Positions 12,751-22,930 of a stretch of 60,911 bases of DNA are shown one piece after another. The position numbers and the translations under genes were made by a program. The stretch comes from Methanomassiliicoccales archaeon (GTDB lineage Archaea; Thermoplasmatota; Thermoplasmata; Methanomassiliicoccales; UBA472): positions 22,441 to 83,351 of the forward strand of contig DAONGL010000003.1 in assembly GCA_035404085.1 (NCBI GenBank). Direction: 5' to 3'. Numbering within the stretch: position 1 is the stretch's first letter; every line of letters begins with the position of its first letter. A model generated the notes under the pieces. It was not told the origin of the DNA. It searched no databases and saw only the letters and a list, made by a program, of their open reading frames with translations.

Positions 12751-15700
12751 ATGGCAACGAAGCAGGAGGGGTCCAGTCAACCTACTGACAAGCAGCGCTC
12801 TCTTTCGTTGTCCAATTTCTCTCGTGACCTCAAGGATTCTTGGATCGGAAGAAATTGGCAGACCGTGCTGTTGCTGGCAATGATGGTGTTCCTGGCCTTG
12901 TTCGTCAGGAGCTATTTCGGATTTTCCACCTCGGTGGACAATGGCTACCTGGTCTCAGGTGGCTCTGACTCTTACTATCACATGAGGGTCATCGATCACG
13001 CGGTGGCAACTGGGGACCACCTGGTGTGGGATGACATGCTCAACTATCCCAATGGAATGAGGAACCCTCGCCCGCCGCTCTATGACTGGTCAGTAGCGGT
13101 GGTCGGAATGCTCCTCAGCACCGTTACCGGTCTGGCGGTAAAGGATGCCATCGGTATGTCGCTAGTGTTCTCCACCGCGGTGTGGGGCGCGCTAACCGTG
13201 GTCCCAGTTTACATGCTGGGCAGGGCGGCCTTCGGTCGTAAGGCCGGTATGCTAGGGGCGTTCATATTCGCCCTCATGGCCGGCCATATCGAACGTACGG
13301 TGCTGTCCAACGCCGATCACGACGCCATAGTGCTGTTCTTCGTGGTGTTCTCGTTCTACTTCCTGTTGCGTTCGCTGCAATCGGTGAACGGGAGTCGCTG
13401 GGTATCCAAATGGACCGATCCCAAGGCCATATTGCCAGGTCTGAAAAGTTACCTGCGCACCAATCAGTTGTCGCTCATATACGCCGCCCTGGGCGGACTA
13501 TGCGTGGCGGCCGTCGGCCTCATCTGGACCGGTTACACCTACCTGCTGATCGTCGTCTTCGTCTACTTCATCGTTCAGCTGCTGGTCGATCGCTTCCGCA
13601 ACGCCGATTCCATGGGCGTGCTCATTGCCGTAGCCGCCTTCTTCGGCATTGCCTTCCTGGTGATGGCCCCGGCCTATGTGAGCCTTAACCTCATCGTCAC
13701 CTGGTTCGACACCCCGCTGTCCCTCTTCGCCATCGGCATGGTGGGCGGACTCATGTTCGTGGTCACCCGCGATTACCCGTGGACCCTGGTGCTGCCGGTG
13801 TTCACCGCAATACTGTTGGCGGCCCTGGCCCTGCTATCCGTATTCAACCCGGCCCTTCTGGACTCCATAATGTCCGGTCAGGGGTACTTGGTCAAGAGCA
13901 AGCTGTACGACACCATCTCCGAGGCCCAGGCCCCGATGTTCTCCAACCTGGCCATGTCCTTCGGCATGGTGACCTTCTGGCTGGCGCTGATAGGCGTGGG
14001 CTACGCGGTGGTCAAGATACCCAAGAACCTCAATCCATCCTTCATTTTCGTGGTGGTCTGGGTGGCCATATCCATCTACATGGCCTCCTCGGCCGCCAGG
14101 TTCGTGTTCAACGCCTCCCCGGCCTTCGCCGTTTCGGCCGGATGGATGCTCGGTCTGATAATTGACCGTCTCAAGTTCGATGGCATGATCCGCGGACTGC
14201 GCACCGACCACGGCGGACTGTGGAAGACCATAAGGACCTCGGTGAAGATCCGTCATGTCCTGGGAGCGTTCTTCATAATCGTGATGATACTGGTGCCCAA
14301 CGTGTGGTACGCCGTGGACGCTGGCATACCTTCGACCACCAAGAACGAGTACGACGCCCAGGTATACCACGCCATGCCCGATTTCCTTCGGCCGGATAAC
14401 TACGATCTGAAGAACGGGACCAATTGGTACCTGGGAGCGTTCAGCTATGGCCTGACATTACCCAACCAATATTGGCCAGTGGCTTGGAAGTGGTTTGCCG
14501 CGCAGGATACCGAAAAGGTCGCCGCCATGGACCGTCCGGCCTTCGTGTCCTGGTGGGACTACGGGTTCGAAGCCATTCAGGAAGGCGGTCACCCAGCGGT
14601 CGCCGATAACTTCCAGAACGGTTACAATTTCGCCGGTACGTTCCTCATGACCCAGACCGAGGACGGGGCCATCGCTATGTTCATCATCCGTAGCGTGGAG
14701 TACGATGTCTACTGGAACACCACCCAGGGTCAGGACACCCTGGATAAGATGGCCGAGTACGGTGTGGACACCGTACGTTTCAAGGACATCATGATGAACC
14801 CGGCCAACTACGTGGACGAGGTGAAGAACAATCCCGCGGTGTACGGCGAGATCGACGACGATCTCAGCCCCGCCAACGCCAGGTACATAGCGGCCAGGCA
14901 GGTTCTCACTACTCTTAGCAAGGACCAGCTGGTCTCGCTGTACAATGATGTGCGCGAGATAACCGGGAACGACATCGGATACGTTTCCGTGGACAGTCGT
15001 CTGTTCCCGTTCACCGCCACTTCCTACAACATATTCTACGCCCCGGCCAAGCTTTCGGACCAGCGCGTCGACGGTAACAACATTCCCTACGACTACTATA
15101 CCATCTACGCCGTGGACATCTATGGGGACCAGATCCCCCTGGACCAGGTCACCTCCTCTAGTTATATCACCAGCTACGAGATCGTCTACACCGAGGCGTT
15201 CTACGACACCATGCTCTATCGGGCCTTCATGGGCTACGGTCCCAGCGACATCGGGGAGACCAAGCAGGGCCTGCCGGGCATATCCGGAAGCTTGCAGGGT
15301 TCCCCGTCCATGCAGGGCTGGAACATGAGCAACTTCCGCCTGGTGTACCGTACCGCATACTACAACCCGTACTCCAGCGAGGACGTGGCCAACCACACCG
15401 ATGCCTGGCGCGCGGTCTCCTACGACGAAGCGATCAGCATGTACAACCGTATCCAGGCCAAGGAGCTGATCGGTACCGTGGACCTGTCGTCGTCTGGCCT
15501 TTACTCCGGGGTGACCTTCCTGCAGTACTACGACGGTGCTATCGTCAAAGGTCAGGCGGTCACCGACGCCGGAAGGCCGATGGCCGGGATATGGGTGACC
15601 GTGCTCGACGAGTATGGTATTCCTCATCAGGTGGTCAAGACCGATTCGGACGGACGATACAGCGTCATCGTCCCCTTCGGGGAAGTGACCCTGGTCTATT

Positions 15701-18700
15701 CCTACGGTGACCTGGACCCCCGTATGCTATACGGAACGCAGCTGCACTCCGAGAACCTTGATATAACGTACGATCAGGCCATGCGCGTGGAGGCCGATGT
15801 GGACAAGAACGACCAGCTGGACTACCTGATCGACCTTGATGTCGTGGTATCGGCCGGCTCCCTGGTCGGACAGGTGTTCCTAGACAACGACGGGAACGGC
15901 AAGTACTCCGCCGCCGCGGATGAAGCGCTGATCGGAGCGACCGTAACGTTCGCGAACGCCACCAATGGCTTCCGGGCCCAGGCGACGTCCACGGCCGATG
16001 GTTACGAGATAGCGGGCATCAGCCCGATGTCCGGTACCATCTCGGTGGATTATCAGGGTCACGTGTTCGGTACCGCCAGCGTGCAGGTCCGGATGGGCTC
16101 CCCGGTCTCCAAGGACCTCTACGTCGAGCCGGCCGGAATGAACGGGACGGCGACGCTGGCGGACGGCACTGCCGCCGGACAGATAACGATATCCCTATTG
16201 GACCGCACCAACGGTCAGGTGTTCGAGTCGATCACCGATTCCACCGGCGCCTATGCTTTCGATGGGCTCCTGGCCGGCAATTACACCATACAGACACCGG
16301 ACGGGACCGCCATCCAGAGCGCTGACGTAACTCTGGGAGCCGGCGACTCTCTGACCAAGGACCTGGTCCTCTACAACTCCATGCGCCTAAGCGGGCTGGT
16401 CAGTTACAACGGGAACGCCATAAGCAATGCCATGGTCGGCCTATCCGGCGACCTGGGCAACGTCTGGGTGCAGAGCGATTCCCGCGGAAGGTATTCGGTC
16501 GTCGTTCCTAAGGGCGACATATCCCTATACGCCACCGCCACCGTGAACGGCCAGGAGGTAGTGTTCCTGGAGAAGGTCATCGCCACCGACAGCGCCGTGA
16601 TCGACCTGGTCCTGACAGGCGGGATGGTACTCTCCGGAACGGTACAGTATTCCAGCGCCGCGGTGTCCGGGGCCGATGTCGTGCTGCAGGACCGCAGCGG
16701 AGGGGCCACGCTCACCGCCGTTACCAACTCGCAAGGCAAGTTCAGGGCCGTACTGCCCTCGGGCCTATACTTCACGTACATAAACGACGGCACCAGGGCC
16801 TATTGGGGCGACGTGAACGTCGTCTCCTCCATGTCCATGACCTTCCAGCTCCTGACCTCGGTCAAGGTCAGCGGAAAGGCCTGGTATGACGCTGACGGTA
16901 ACGACGCGGCCTCCGCCGCGGAGGGACTGAACGGCGCCGTGATCACCGTCACCGACCAGGATGGTCGCTCGGTGAACATGGGCACGAGCCCCACCGGTCA
17001 ATACTCCTTCGTGCTGGTCTCCGGAAGAACGTACGCCCTGACCGCGGTCAAGGATGGCTTCCAGACCCTGGCGCGGAACTATCCGTCCATATCCCTGAGC
17101 GTCACGGACGACCTAGAGATGGTCGCCCTGCAGAGGACGGTCACCGGAAGCGTTTCCATGGACTTCCCTGGGGACAAGGGTAACCTGACCGTGAAGTTCG
17201 TCGCGGTCAGCGGCCCGGCCATGGACAATCAAACGGTCACCAACGCCGACGGCACGTTCAGCGCCATGCTCTATCCTGGTAAGTACATCGTCCTGGTTAA
17301 CCAGAACGTCACCGCCGGGGACCCCTCGGTGCGCTACCAATCCCTGAGCGACCAGGACCTGGAGGTCCTGGTCGGCAGCGACCCCTCGTCCCTGCAGATC
17401 GAGCTGGTGAAGAGATCATTGGTCAGCGGGGCGGTCAGTCCGAGCGGTACGGCCAAACTGGTCTTCGATGGGCCGGACAAGGTGAGCGTCACCGCCGGCC
17501 AGACCTATTCATTGTATCTGCAGGACGGTTCCTACAACCTGTACGCGACCGTGTCCAACGGCTCCCGTAACTACGCTGCGCTCAGCCGGGTGAACGTCAC
17601 CGGCGCCACGCCGCTAAACATCACCACCAGCGACGCCGCCCCGGCCATCATACAGGCGACCATGAGCGGGGCGAGGGCCCAGAGCATCGTCATATCCATC
17701 GAGCTCGCGGGGGCCTATTACAACGTCACCACTCCCGACAATGGACAGGCCAGCGTCTATCTGCCCGTCGGTTCCTATGTCGCGTCCGTGGAGCATTCCA
17801 CCATCTTGACCACCGCATCGCAGTCGAGGTTCGTGAAGTACGTCGGAGAGCAGGACTTCACCATGTCCGGTTCCCGCCGTAACGTGGCCATAAGCACCGT
17901 CATGTCCTTCGAGAACGCCACCGTGAGCGGCATCGTTACCGCAGACGGTTCGGCGGCCACCGCCCAGATCGAGTTCCAGGCTATGTCGGCCACCGCCCAG
18001 GACCTCACCGTGAGCGCCGTTGGAAGTTACGCTGTAGGTCTGTCCCCGGGCAATTATACGGTTTATGCGATCAACCAGGACAGCTCCCGGGCCTATCTAG
18101 GCAAGCTCTCGATCACCGACCTTGATGATGTCACCTACGACATAGTATTGGTCGAGGCCTTCCGGCTTTCCGGGGTTACGTTCGCCCAGAACGACGGCGT
18201 AAGCTCCGAGGTCAGCGTGAACGGGATGATCAGCATGACCAGTTCCAGCGATGGAGCTTATGAGATCTATCTGCCCGGCGGTTCCTATACGCTGTACGCA
18301 GAGACGGCTCTACTGGAGAACGGGCTGCTCGTCGATTACCAGGGTTCCGCGTCCGTCTCGCTAAGCGACGTCACCAGCAAGGGCATCTACATGCAGCGGG
18401 TGGCCAAGCAGAAGGTATCGCTCACCTGGGATCCGGCTCAGAAGGTCACGTTGAACGCTGGCGAGACCGCCACCTACACCATCCGGATCGTGAACGACGG
18501 TAACCTGCAGGACACCTTCCGGTTGACATCCACAGCCACCGGTTGGACGGTTGTGCTCTCCCAGACCGAGGTCACCCTTGGTTACGGGGCTTCCAACAGC
18601 CAGACGGTGACCGTGCAGCTGACCCCCTCCGCTAGCGTACTAGTGAAGCACACCGCCGTAATAGTCCGGGCGGTCTCGATCACCAACTCCTCGGCGGCCG

Positions 18701-19245
18701 CCTCGGTCAGCCTGGACGCAGTCATCGCCCCGGCTCGCGCGGTAAGCATGGCCTACCAGGGCGGAGATTCCACGAAAGGTGATGAATACGTTCACACCGT
18801 GGCGGTCACCAACGCCGGCAATGTCGACGATACGTACGCCATATCCATAGGCAACCAGCAGGCGTTGCGGGACCTGGGCTGGGAGGTCAGGCTGGTCAAC
18901 AAGACCGCCCTGGCCGATTCCCTGTCCGTGACCGTCGCCGCCAGCAAGAGCTCGGAGATAGAGGTGTCCATGGTGCCCCTGCGCTCCAACCCCAGCCCCA
19001 CGGTCACCGTGCAGCTGGTAACGACGTCCTCCGCCGATCAGGCGGTCCGCAGCTCTTTGGACGTTGAACCGCAGTTCGTGGGACTGGACGGTAACGGTCT
19101 CACGGTCACCGGCGTGAACGTCGAGGACAGCACGCCCACCCTGGGTCAGGGTTCGATCGTCCTTCTAGGTCTGGCGTTGGCGCTGATGGCGGTGCTTATC
19201 GTCCTCAGCATGCAGAAGGGGGTGTTCTCACGAAGAAAGCGCTGA
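12751..19245 (+). CDS. aglB: archaeal oligosaccharyltransferase AglB/STT3 fused to a very long extracellular repeat region and a C-terminal TM anchor
   Basis: The N-terminal multi-TM domain carries GGSDSYYH in the first loop and the WWDYG catalytic motif at 14551..14565 (aa 601-605). From about aa 925 there are at least 10 carboxypeptidase-regulatory-like repeats (..DSDGRYSVIVPFG.., ..DSTGAYAFDGLLAGNYTI.., ..NSQGKFRAVLPSGLYF..). Two NEW3/CARDB-like modules follow, then the anchor IVLLGLALALMAVLIVLSMQKGVFSRRKR. Confidence 0.85.
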   Translation: MATKQEGSSQPTDKQRSLSLSNFSRDLKDSWIGRNWQTVLLLAMMVFLALFVRSYFGFSTSVDNGYLVSGGSDSYYHMRVIDHAVATGDHLVWDDMLNYPNGMRNPRPPLYDWSVAVVGMLLSTVTGLAVKDAIGMSLVFSTAVWGALTVVPVYMLGRAAFGRKAGMLGAFIFALMAGHIERTVLSNADHDAIVLFFVVFSFYFLLRSLQSVNGSRWVSKWTDPKAILPGLKSYLRTNQLSLIYAALGGLCVAAVGLIWTGYTYLLIVVFVYFIVQLLVDRFRNADSMGVLIAVAAFFGIAFLVMAPAYVSLNLIVTWFDTPLSLFAIGMVGGLMFVVTRDYPWTLVLPVFTAILLAALALLSVFNPALLDSIMSGQGYLVKSKLYDTISEAQAPMFSNLAMSFGMVTFWLALIGVGYAVVKIPKNLNPSFIFVVVWVAISIYMASSAARFVFNASPAFAVSAGWMLGLIIDRLKFDGMIRGLRTDHGGLWKTIRTSVKIRHVLGAFFIIVMILVPNVWYAVDAGIPSTTKNEYDAQVYHAMPDFLRPDNYDLKNGTNWYLGAFSYGLTLPNQYWPVAWKWFAAQDTEKVAAMDRPAFVSWWDYGFEAIQEGGHPAVADNFQNGYNFAGTFLMTQTEDGAIAMFIIRSVEYDVYWNTTQGQDTLDKMAEYGVDTVRFKDIMMNPANYVDEVKNNPAVYGEIDDDLSPANARYIAARQVLTTLSKDQLVSLYNDVREITGNDIGYVSVDSRLFPFTATSYNIFYAPAKLSDQRVDGNNIPYDYYTIYAVDIYGDQIPLDQVTSSSYITSYEIVYTEAFYDTMLYRAFMGYGPSDIGETKQGLPGISGSLQGSPSMQGWNMSNFRLVYRTAYYNPYSSEDVANHTDAWRAVSYDEAISMYNRIQAKELIGTVDLSSSGLYSGVTFLQYYDGAIVKGQAVTDAGRPMAGIWVTVLDEYGIPHQVVKTDSDGRYSVIVPFGEVTLVYSYGDLDPRMLYGTQLHSENLDITYDQAMRVEADVDKNDQLDYLIDLDVVVSAGSLVGQVFLDNDGNGKYSAAADEALIGATVTFANATNGFRAQATSTADGYEIAGISPMSGTISVDYQGHVFGTASVQVRMGSPVSKDLYVEPAGMNGTATLADGTAAGQITISLLDRTNGQVFESITDSTGAYAFDGLLAGNYTIQTPDGTAIQSADVTLGAGDSLTKDLVLYNSMRLSGLVSYNGNAISNAMVGLSGDLGNVWVQSDSRGRYSVVVPKGDISLYATATVNGQEVVFLEKVIATDSAVIDLVLTGGMVLSGTVQYSSAAVSGADVVLQDRSGGATLTAVTNSQGKFRAVLPSGLYFTYINDGTRAYWGDVNVVSSMSMTFQLLTSVKVSGKAWYDADGNDAASAAEGLNGAVITVTDQDGRSVNMGTSPTGQYSFVLVSGRTYALTAVKDGFQTLARNYPSISLSVTDDLEMVALQRTVTGSVSMDFPGDKGNLTVKFVAVSGPAMDNQTVTNADGTFSAMLYPGKYIVLVNQNVTAGDPSVRYQSLSDQDLEVLVGSDPSSLQIELVKRSLVSGAVSPSGTAKLVFDGPDKVSVTAGQTYSLYLQDGSYNLYATVSNGSRNYAALSRVNVTGATPLNITTSDAAPAIIQATMSGARAQSIVISIELAGAYYNVTTPDNGQASVYLPVGSYVASVEHSTILTTASQSRFVKYVGEQDFTMSGSRRNVAISTVMSFENATVSGIVTADGSAATAQIEFQAMSATAQDLTVSAVGSYAVGLSPGNYTVYAINQDSSRAYLGKLSITDLDDVTYDIVLVEAFRLSGVTFAQNDGVSSEVSVNGMISMTSSSDGAYEIYLPGGSYTLYAETALLENGLLVDYQGSASVSLSDVTSKGIYMQRVAKQKVSLTWDPAQKVTLNAGETATYTIRIVNDGNLQDTFRLTSTATGWTVVLSQTEVTLGYGASNSQTVTVQLTPSASVLVKHTAVIVRAVSITNSSAAASVSLDAVIAPARAVSMAYQGGDSTKGDEYVHTVAVTNAGNVDDTYAISIGNQQALRDLGWEVRLVNKTALADSLSVTVAASKSSEIEVSMVPLRSNPSPTVTVQLVTTSSADQAVRSSLDVEPQFVGLDGNGLTVTGVNVEDSTPTLGQGSIVLLGLALALMAVLIVLSMQKGVFSRRKR

Positions 19246-20015
19246 TGCTGATAATGGCGGCGTTGCTGCTGCTGACCGTGATGCCCATCGCCCAGGCGGA
19301 TACCTACGATCCGCTGTACGCGCAGATCGACGGTCCGAGGGTAGTGGCCACCAACTCGGTGACCATGTACACCCTGGTGATGTTCGGCGGTCCGGCCGAG
19401 GTCGGTGTTGGCAATTACACGTACAAGGCCACCATGACCGGCTCCGGGAACACCTACGGCGCGTCCTTCATACCGGGAACGGTACAACCGTCACCGGACG
19501 GCACGTTCTACATCAATCTGACCGCGCCGGCGGGTCCGCAGACGCTGAGCATTCACATAGAGTGCATGTCCATAGGTCTCAGTCAGACGGTGAAGACCAC
19601 CATCGACCTCCAGGTCAAGGTGGTCGAGCCTATATCTCTGCGGTCCACCATCAAGAACACCGGTGAGGTGGCCGCCGTAGGCGTGCCGATCAGCCTGCAG
19701 CTCTACCAGGACGGTCAGTGGGTGGAGTTCCATCGGACCACCGTGGACCTGGCCGCAGGGCAATCGTACCAGTTCAAGTACAACTGGACCGCCACGGACC
19801 TGGCCTCCGGCGAGCACAAGGTACGTATGGTCCTCGACCCCAACAATGATATTGTCACCTTCGAGGGCGGTTCGTCCGTCTACGAGACGACAATATACTA
19901 CAAGATGCCCGGCTACGATTGGGTCAACACCTTGCTGTGGGTACTGGTGGTGGCGCTAGGCGTGACCATCTTCTTCGTCTGGAGACGACCGGCCAAGGGC
20001 AAGAAGAAGCGCTAA
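19245..20015 (+). CDS. secreted CARDB-like domain protein with a C-terminal TM anchor
   Basis: The signal peptide is MLIMAALLLLTVMPIAQA|D. The CARDB-like half reads IKNTGEVAAVGVPISLQLYQDGQWV...LAAGQSYQFKYNW...GEHKVRMVLDPNNDI. The anchor is LLWVLVVALGVTIFFVWRRPAKGKKKR. A TGATG overlap joins it to the aglB stop. Confidence 0.7.
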   Translation: MLIMAALLLLTVMPIAQADTYDPLYAQIDGPRVVATNSVTMYTLVMFGGPAEVGVGNYTYKATMTGSGNTYGASFIPGTVQPSPDGTFYINLTAPAGPQTLSIHIECMSIGLSQTVKTTIDLQVKVVEPISLRSTIKNTGEVAAVGVPISLQLYQDGQWVEFHRTTVDLAAGQSYQFKYNWTATDLASGEHKVRMVLDPNNDIVTFEGGSSVYETTIYYKMPGYDWVNTLLWVLVVALGVTIFFVWRRPAKGKKKR

Positions 20016-20024
20016 ACCCCTTCC

Positions 20025-20642
20025 CTACAACCTTTTCTCCAGGTCGCCCATGCGGCCGTGCAGCCTCTCGCTCATCACAGCCAGGGACACATCTCCCCTA
20101 GTTTTTTCCAATACCGAGCGGGCGATGTCCTGCTTGCGCCTTATCGAAACGATGGCGTCCGGATAATCGAAGCTCATGATGACCAGGAACAGCTCCTCCA
20201 TGAGGTCCAGGTACCGCTCGGCCTCGGAGATGCTGCCCCGCCGCAGCGATTCCAACGAGAAACGTCTCAGCTCACCGATGGTGTCGGCCATTCCCAGAAG
20301 ATAGGAGGTGCCCGGCATTCCCAGGTGCTCCGGGTCCGGCAGTTCCTGCCCCTTGACCAAGGCGTTCAGGATCGCCGCCTCGGCCACCTCGACCAGGGCG
20401 TCCTGCACGATTCCGGAGTACCAGATCTCCACGTGCTCGGAAAGAACGCTCTTCAGCTTATGCGCCTCGTCAATCGCCTCGGCCAGGGCGGCCTCGCCGT
20501 CGACGCCCTTGTGCATACCGTGGACCACTCCGCTCGACATTCTGATGATCGCGCGGGAGGACTTGATGGCGATCTCCCTTACCGTATCCTTCTCTTCCAG
20601 GGAGTCCTGTATCCTCTGGGCGATGTGCTCCAGGTTCTGCAT
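20025..20642 (-). CDS. translin-family protein (COG2178-like)
   Basis: 205 aa and all-helical. The GMADTIGELRR motif and the overall pattern resemble archaeal translin/TRAX-like proteins. Confidence 0.55.
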   Translation of the reverse strand: MQNLEHIAQRIQDSLEEKDTVREIAIKSSRAIIRMSSGVVHGMHKGVDGEAALAEAIDEAHKLKSVLSEHVEIWYSGIVQDALVEVAEAAILNALVKGQELPDPEHLGMPGTSYLLGMADTIGELRRFSLESLRRGSISEAERYLDLMEELFLVIMSFDYPDAIVSIRRKQDIARSVLEKTRGDVSLAVMSERLHGRMGDLEKRL

Positions 20643-20676
20643 GAAGGGAGATTGTCTGGGTATATGATAAGTTTGC

Positions 20677-21999
20677 TCAGTTTCGGACCTGCTGCATGTG
20701 CTCCACCCTTCGGCGCACCAGCTCCCTCTTGCCGATGTCGTGACGGACGAATATCTCGCCCTGCACGTGCTTCAGGCCGTCCTCGCAGATGGCCTCCGCC
20801 TCCTCGATGGAATCGGCCATTCCCACCACGCCCAAGGTGCGCGAGGATGTCGTCAGGACCATGCCGTCCTTCTCGTCCACCGCCGCATAGTACAGGCGGG
20901 CGCCGGTATCTGCCAGCTTCCTCTCGTTCACCATGACCGGTCGCCCAGCCTTTGACTCCGTGCCGTAACCGGCGGGAACCACGTACTTGCACACGGTGGC
21001 CTTTTTGAGGAACGGAACTTGCTTGGAGAGCTTTCCATCAGCGACACCCTGGCAGACGTCCAGGAAGCCGTTCTGCAGAAGCGTCAGAACGTTCATCGCC
21101 TCCGGGTCCCCGAAGCGGGCGTTGAACTCGATGACCTTCGGGCCATCCTTGGTGAGCATGAACTGCCCGTATAGTACGCCACGGTACGGAGAACCGTCCT
21201 CGCGCATGGCGTCTATCGTTCGCTGCATGATCTCCAATGCCTTCTGGCGTTCCGCGTCGGTGACGAACGGCAATAGATGGTCGGCGTCGGTGTACGAGCC
21301 CATTCCACCGGTGTTCGGTCCCACGTCCCCGTCGTAGGCGCGCTTGTGGTCCTGAACAAGCGGCATACCCCGAACGTTTCGTCCGTCACAGAAGGCCTGC
21401 AGGGTGAACTCCTCCCCGACCAGGCGCTCCTCGAGCACCACCCCGGCGCCGCCGATCTTGTGTTCCAGCACCTCTTTGACGTAAGCGAGGACTCCTGACT
21501 TTCCCTCAAGATGCTCCCCTTCCACCTTGACGCCCTTGCCGCCGGTGAGGCCTTCCGGCTTGACGACCAGTTCGCCAGGGAAATCATCCACGAACAGCTT
21601 CGCCGAATCATAATCTTGGAAGGTGCCGAAGGCTACGTTCCCGGGGATGTTGTGCTTCTTGAGCAGGCGACGTGAGAATCGCTTGGACGTCTCCAGCCGA
21701 GCCGCGGCTTGCGAAGGTCCGACGCATCCGATGCCCCTCTTCAACAGCTCGTCCGCCAGCCCCACTTCCAGCGGGGCCTCTGGGCCGATGACCGCGATCT
21801 CGGCGCCGCAAGATGAGGCGAACTCAGCTACCTTTGCGACGTCCGTCTCCTTGAGCAGCTTGAACTCCTGGGCCGAGCGGGCGATCCCGGGGTTGTGGTT
21901 CTTCATTGCCACGTAAACGGTCGCGCCATCCCTGATCAGAGCTTCGACGATGGCGTGCTCCCGCCCTCCTCCGCCGACAACCAGCACCTTCGCGGTCAT
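20677..21999 (-). CDS. purD: phosphoribosylamine--glycine ligase
   Basis: KVLVVGGGGREHAI...ATP-grasp core...GPKVIEFNARFGDPE...; 440 aa. Confidence 0.95.
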   Translation of the reverse strand: MTAKVLVVGGGGREHAIVEALIRDGATVYVAMKNHNPGIARSAQEFKLLKETDVAKVAEFASSCGAEIAVIGPEAPLEVGLADELLKRGIGCVGPSQAAARLETSKRFSRRLLKKHNIPGNVAFGTFQDYDSAKLFVDDFPGELVVKPEGLTGGKGVKVEGEHLEGKSGVLAYVKEVLEHKIGGAGVVLEERLVGEEFTLQAFCDGRNVRGMPLVQDHKRAYDGDVGPNTGGMGSYTDADHLLPFVTDAERQKALEIMQRTIDAMREDGSPYRGVLYGQFMLTKDGPKVIEFNARFGDPEAMNVLTLLQNGFLDVCQGVADGKLSKQVPFLKKATVCKYVVPAGYGTESKAGRPVMVNERKLADTGARLYYAAVDEKDGMVLTTSSRTLGVVGMADSIEEAEAICEDGLKHVQGEIFVRHDIGKRELVRRRVEHMQQVRN

Positions 22000-22042
22000 G
22001 CGTTTCGGGGATGGCGCTGAGCATTATTAAATGAATTGATTC

Positions 22043-22693
22043 TCAGACCAGCAGCGCTTCCACCAGGGCTTCCAAGCCCTCGCCGGTGCGCTCGCTCACC
22101 GTTAAAAGTTCGCGCCCGCCGGACAGCTTGCGATAGTCCGCTTTCACCCTAGCGATGTCAATGCCCATGTACTCCGCGAGGTCCATCTTGTTGATGACGC
22201 CAACGTCCGCCCCCTGAAAGATCATGGGGTGCTTGCGCACCATGTCATCGCCTTCCGTCACGGAGATCACGACCATGCGCTTGTCCGTGCCCAGCGGGAA
22301 GTCCGCCGGACATACGAGATTCCCGACGTTCTCGATGAACAGGAATCCGACGCCTTCAAGGTCCATGTGGTCCAGGGCCTTGTCGACCATCAGGGAATCC
22401 AAATGGCATTCCTTTCCAGTGTTGATGTTGAACGCCTTGATTCCAGCTTCTTGGAATCGATTGAAATCATCCTGACCGGTAACATCACCGGCGATCACGG
22501 CCACATTTATGCCTTTCTTCTTCATCTCCTTTGCGAGTCTGATGATCAAGGCGGTCTTGCCCGAACCTATCGAGCCCATGATGTCTAGGGACCTAATGCC
22601 CTTGGAACGGAGGTTCTCATGATTGTGATCTGCCAGATGCTTGTTCTCGGCAAGAACATCTGTCTCCATGGAAATATTGGTGATCTTATGCAC
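22043..22693 (-). CDS. hypB: hydrogenase nickel incorporation GTPase HypB
   Basis: Contains GSIGSGKT (P-loop), ECHLD, ENVGNLVCPA and INKMDL. It starts at GTG, and the N-terminal half is visibly more AT-rich. Confidence 0.9.
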   Translation of the reverse strand: MHKITNISMETDVLAENKHLADHNHENLRSKGIRSLDIMGSIGSGKTALIIRLAKEMKKKGINVAVIAGDVTGQDDFNRFQEAGIKAFNINTGKECHLDSLMVDKALDHMDLEGVGFLFIENVGNLVCPADFPLGTDKRMVVISVTEGDDMVRKHPMIFQGADVGVINKMDLAEYMGIDIARVKADYRKLSGGRELLTVSERTGEGLEALVEALLV

Positions 22694-22930
22694 CTTTTCA
22701 ACAACGGTGATTATTCACTTAATTATTTCCAAAGATCGCATCGAAGGTGTGACGGGAACTATTTAAATATTGATATCTCCTGGATTTAGGGGCAAGAAAA
22801 AACGAATCCACAGAAATATTTTGGTTAATATGATCAAATTGAAGTGGGAGATTCTGACGAATCCTACAATACATTTATATTTCCCCAATAAATTCAAGAC
22901 CTAATCAATTTTCGCAAGGGGGATGAACAA

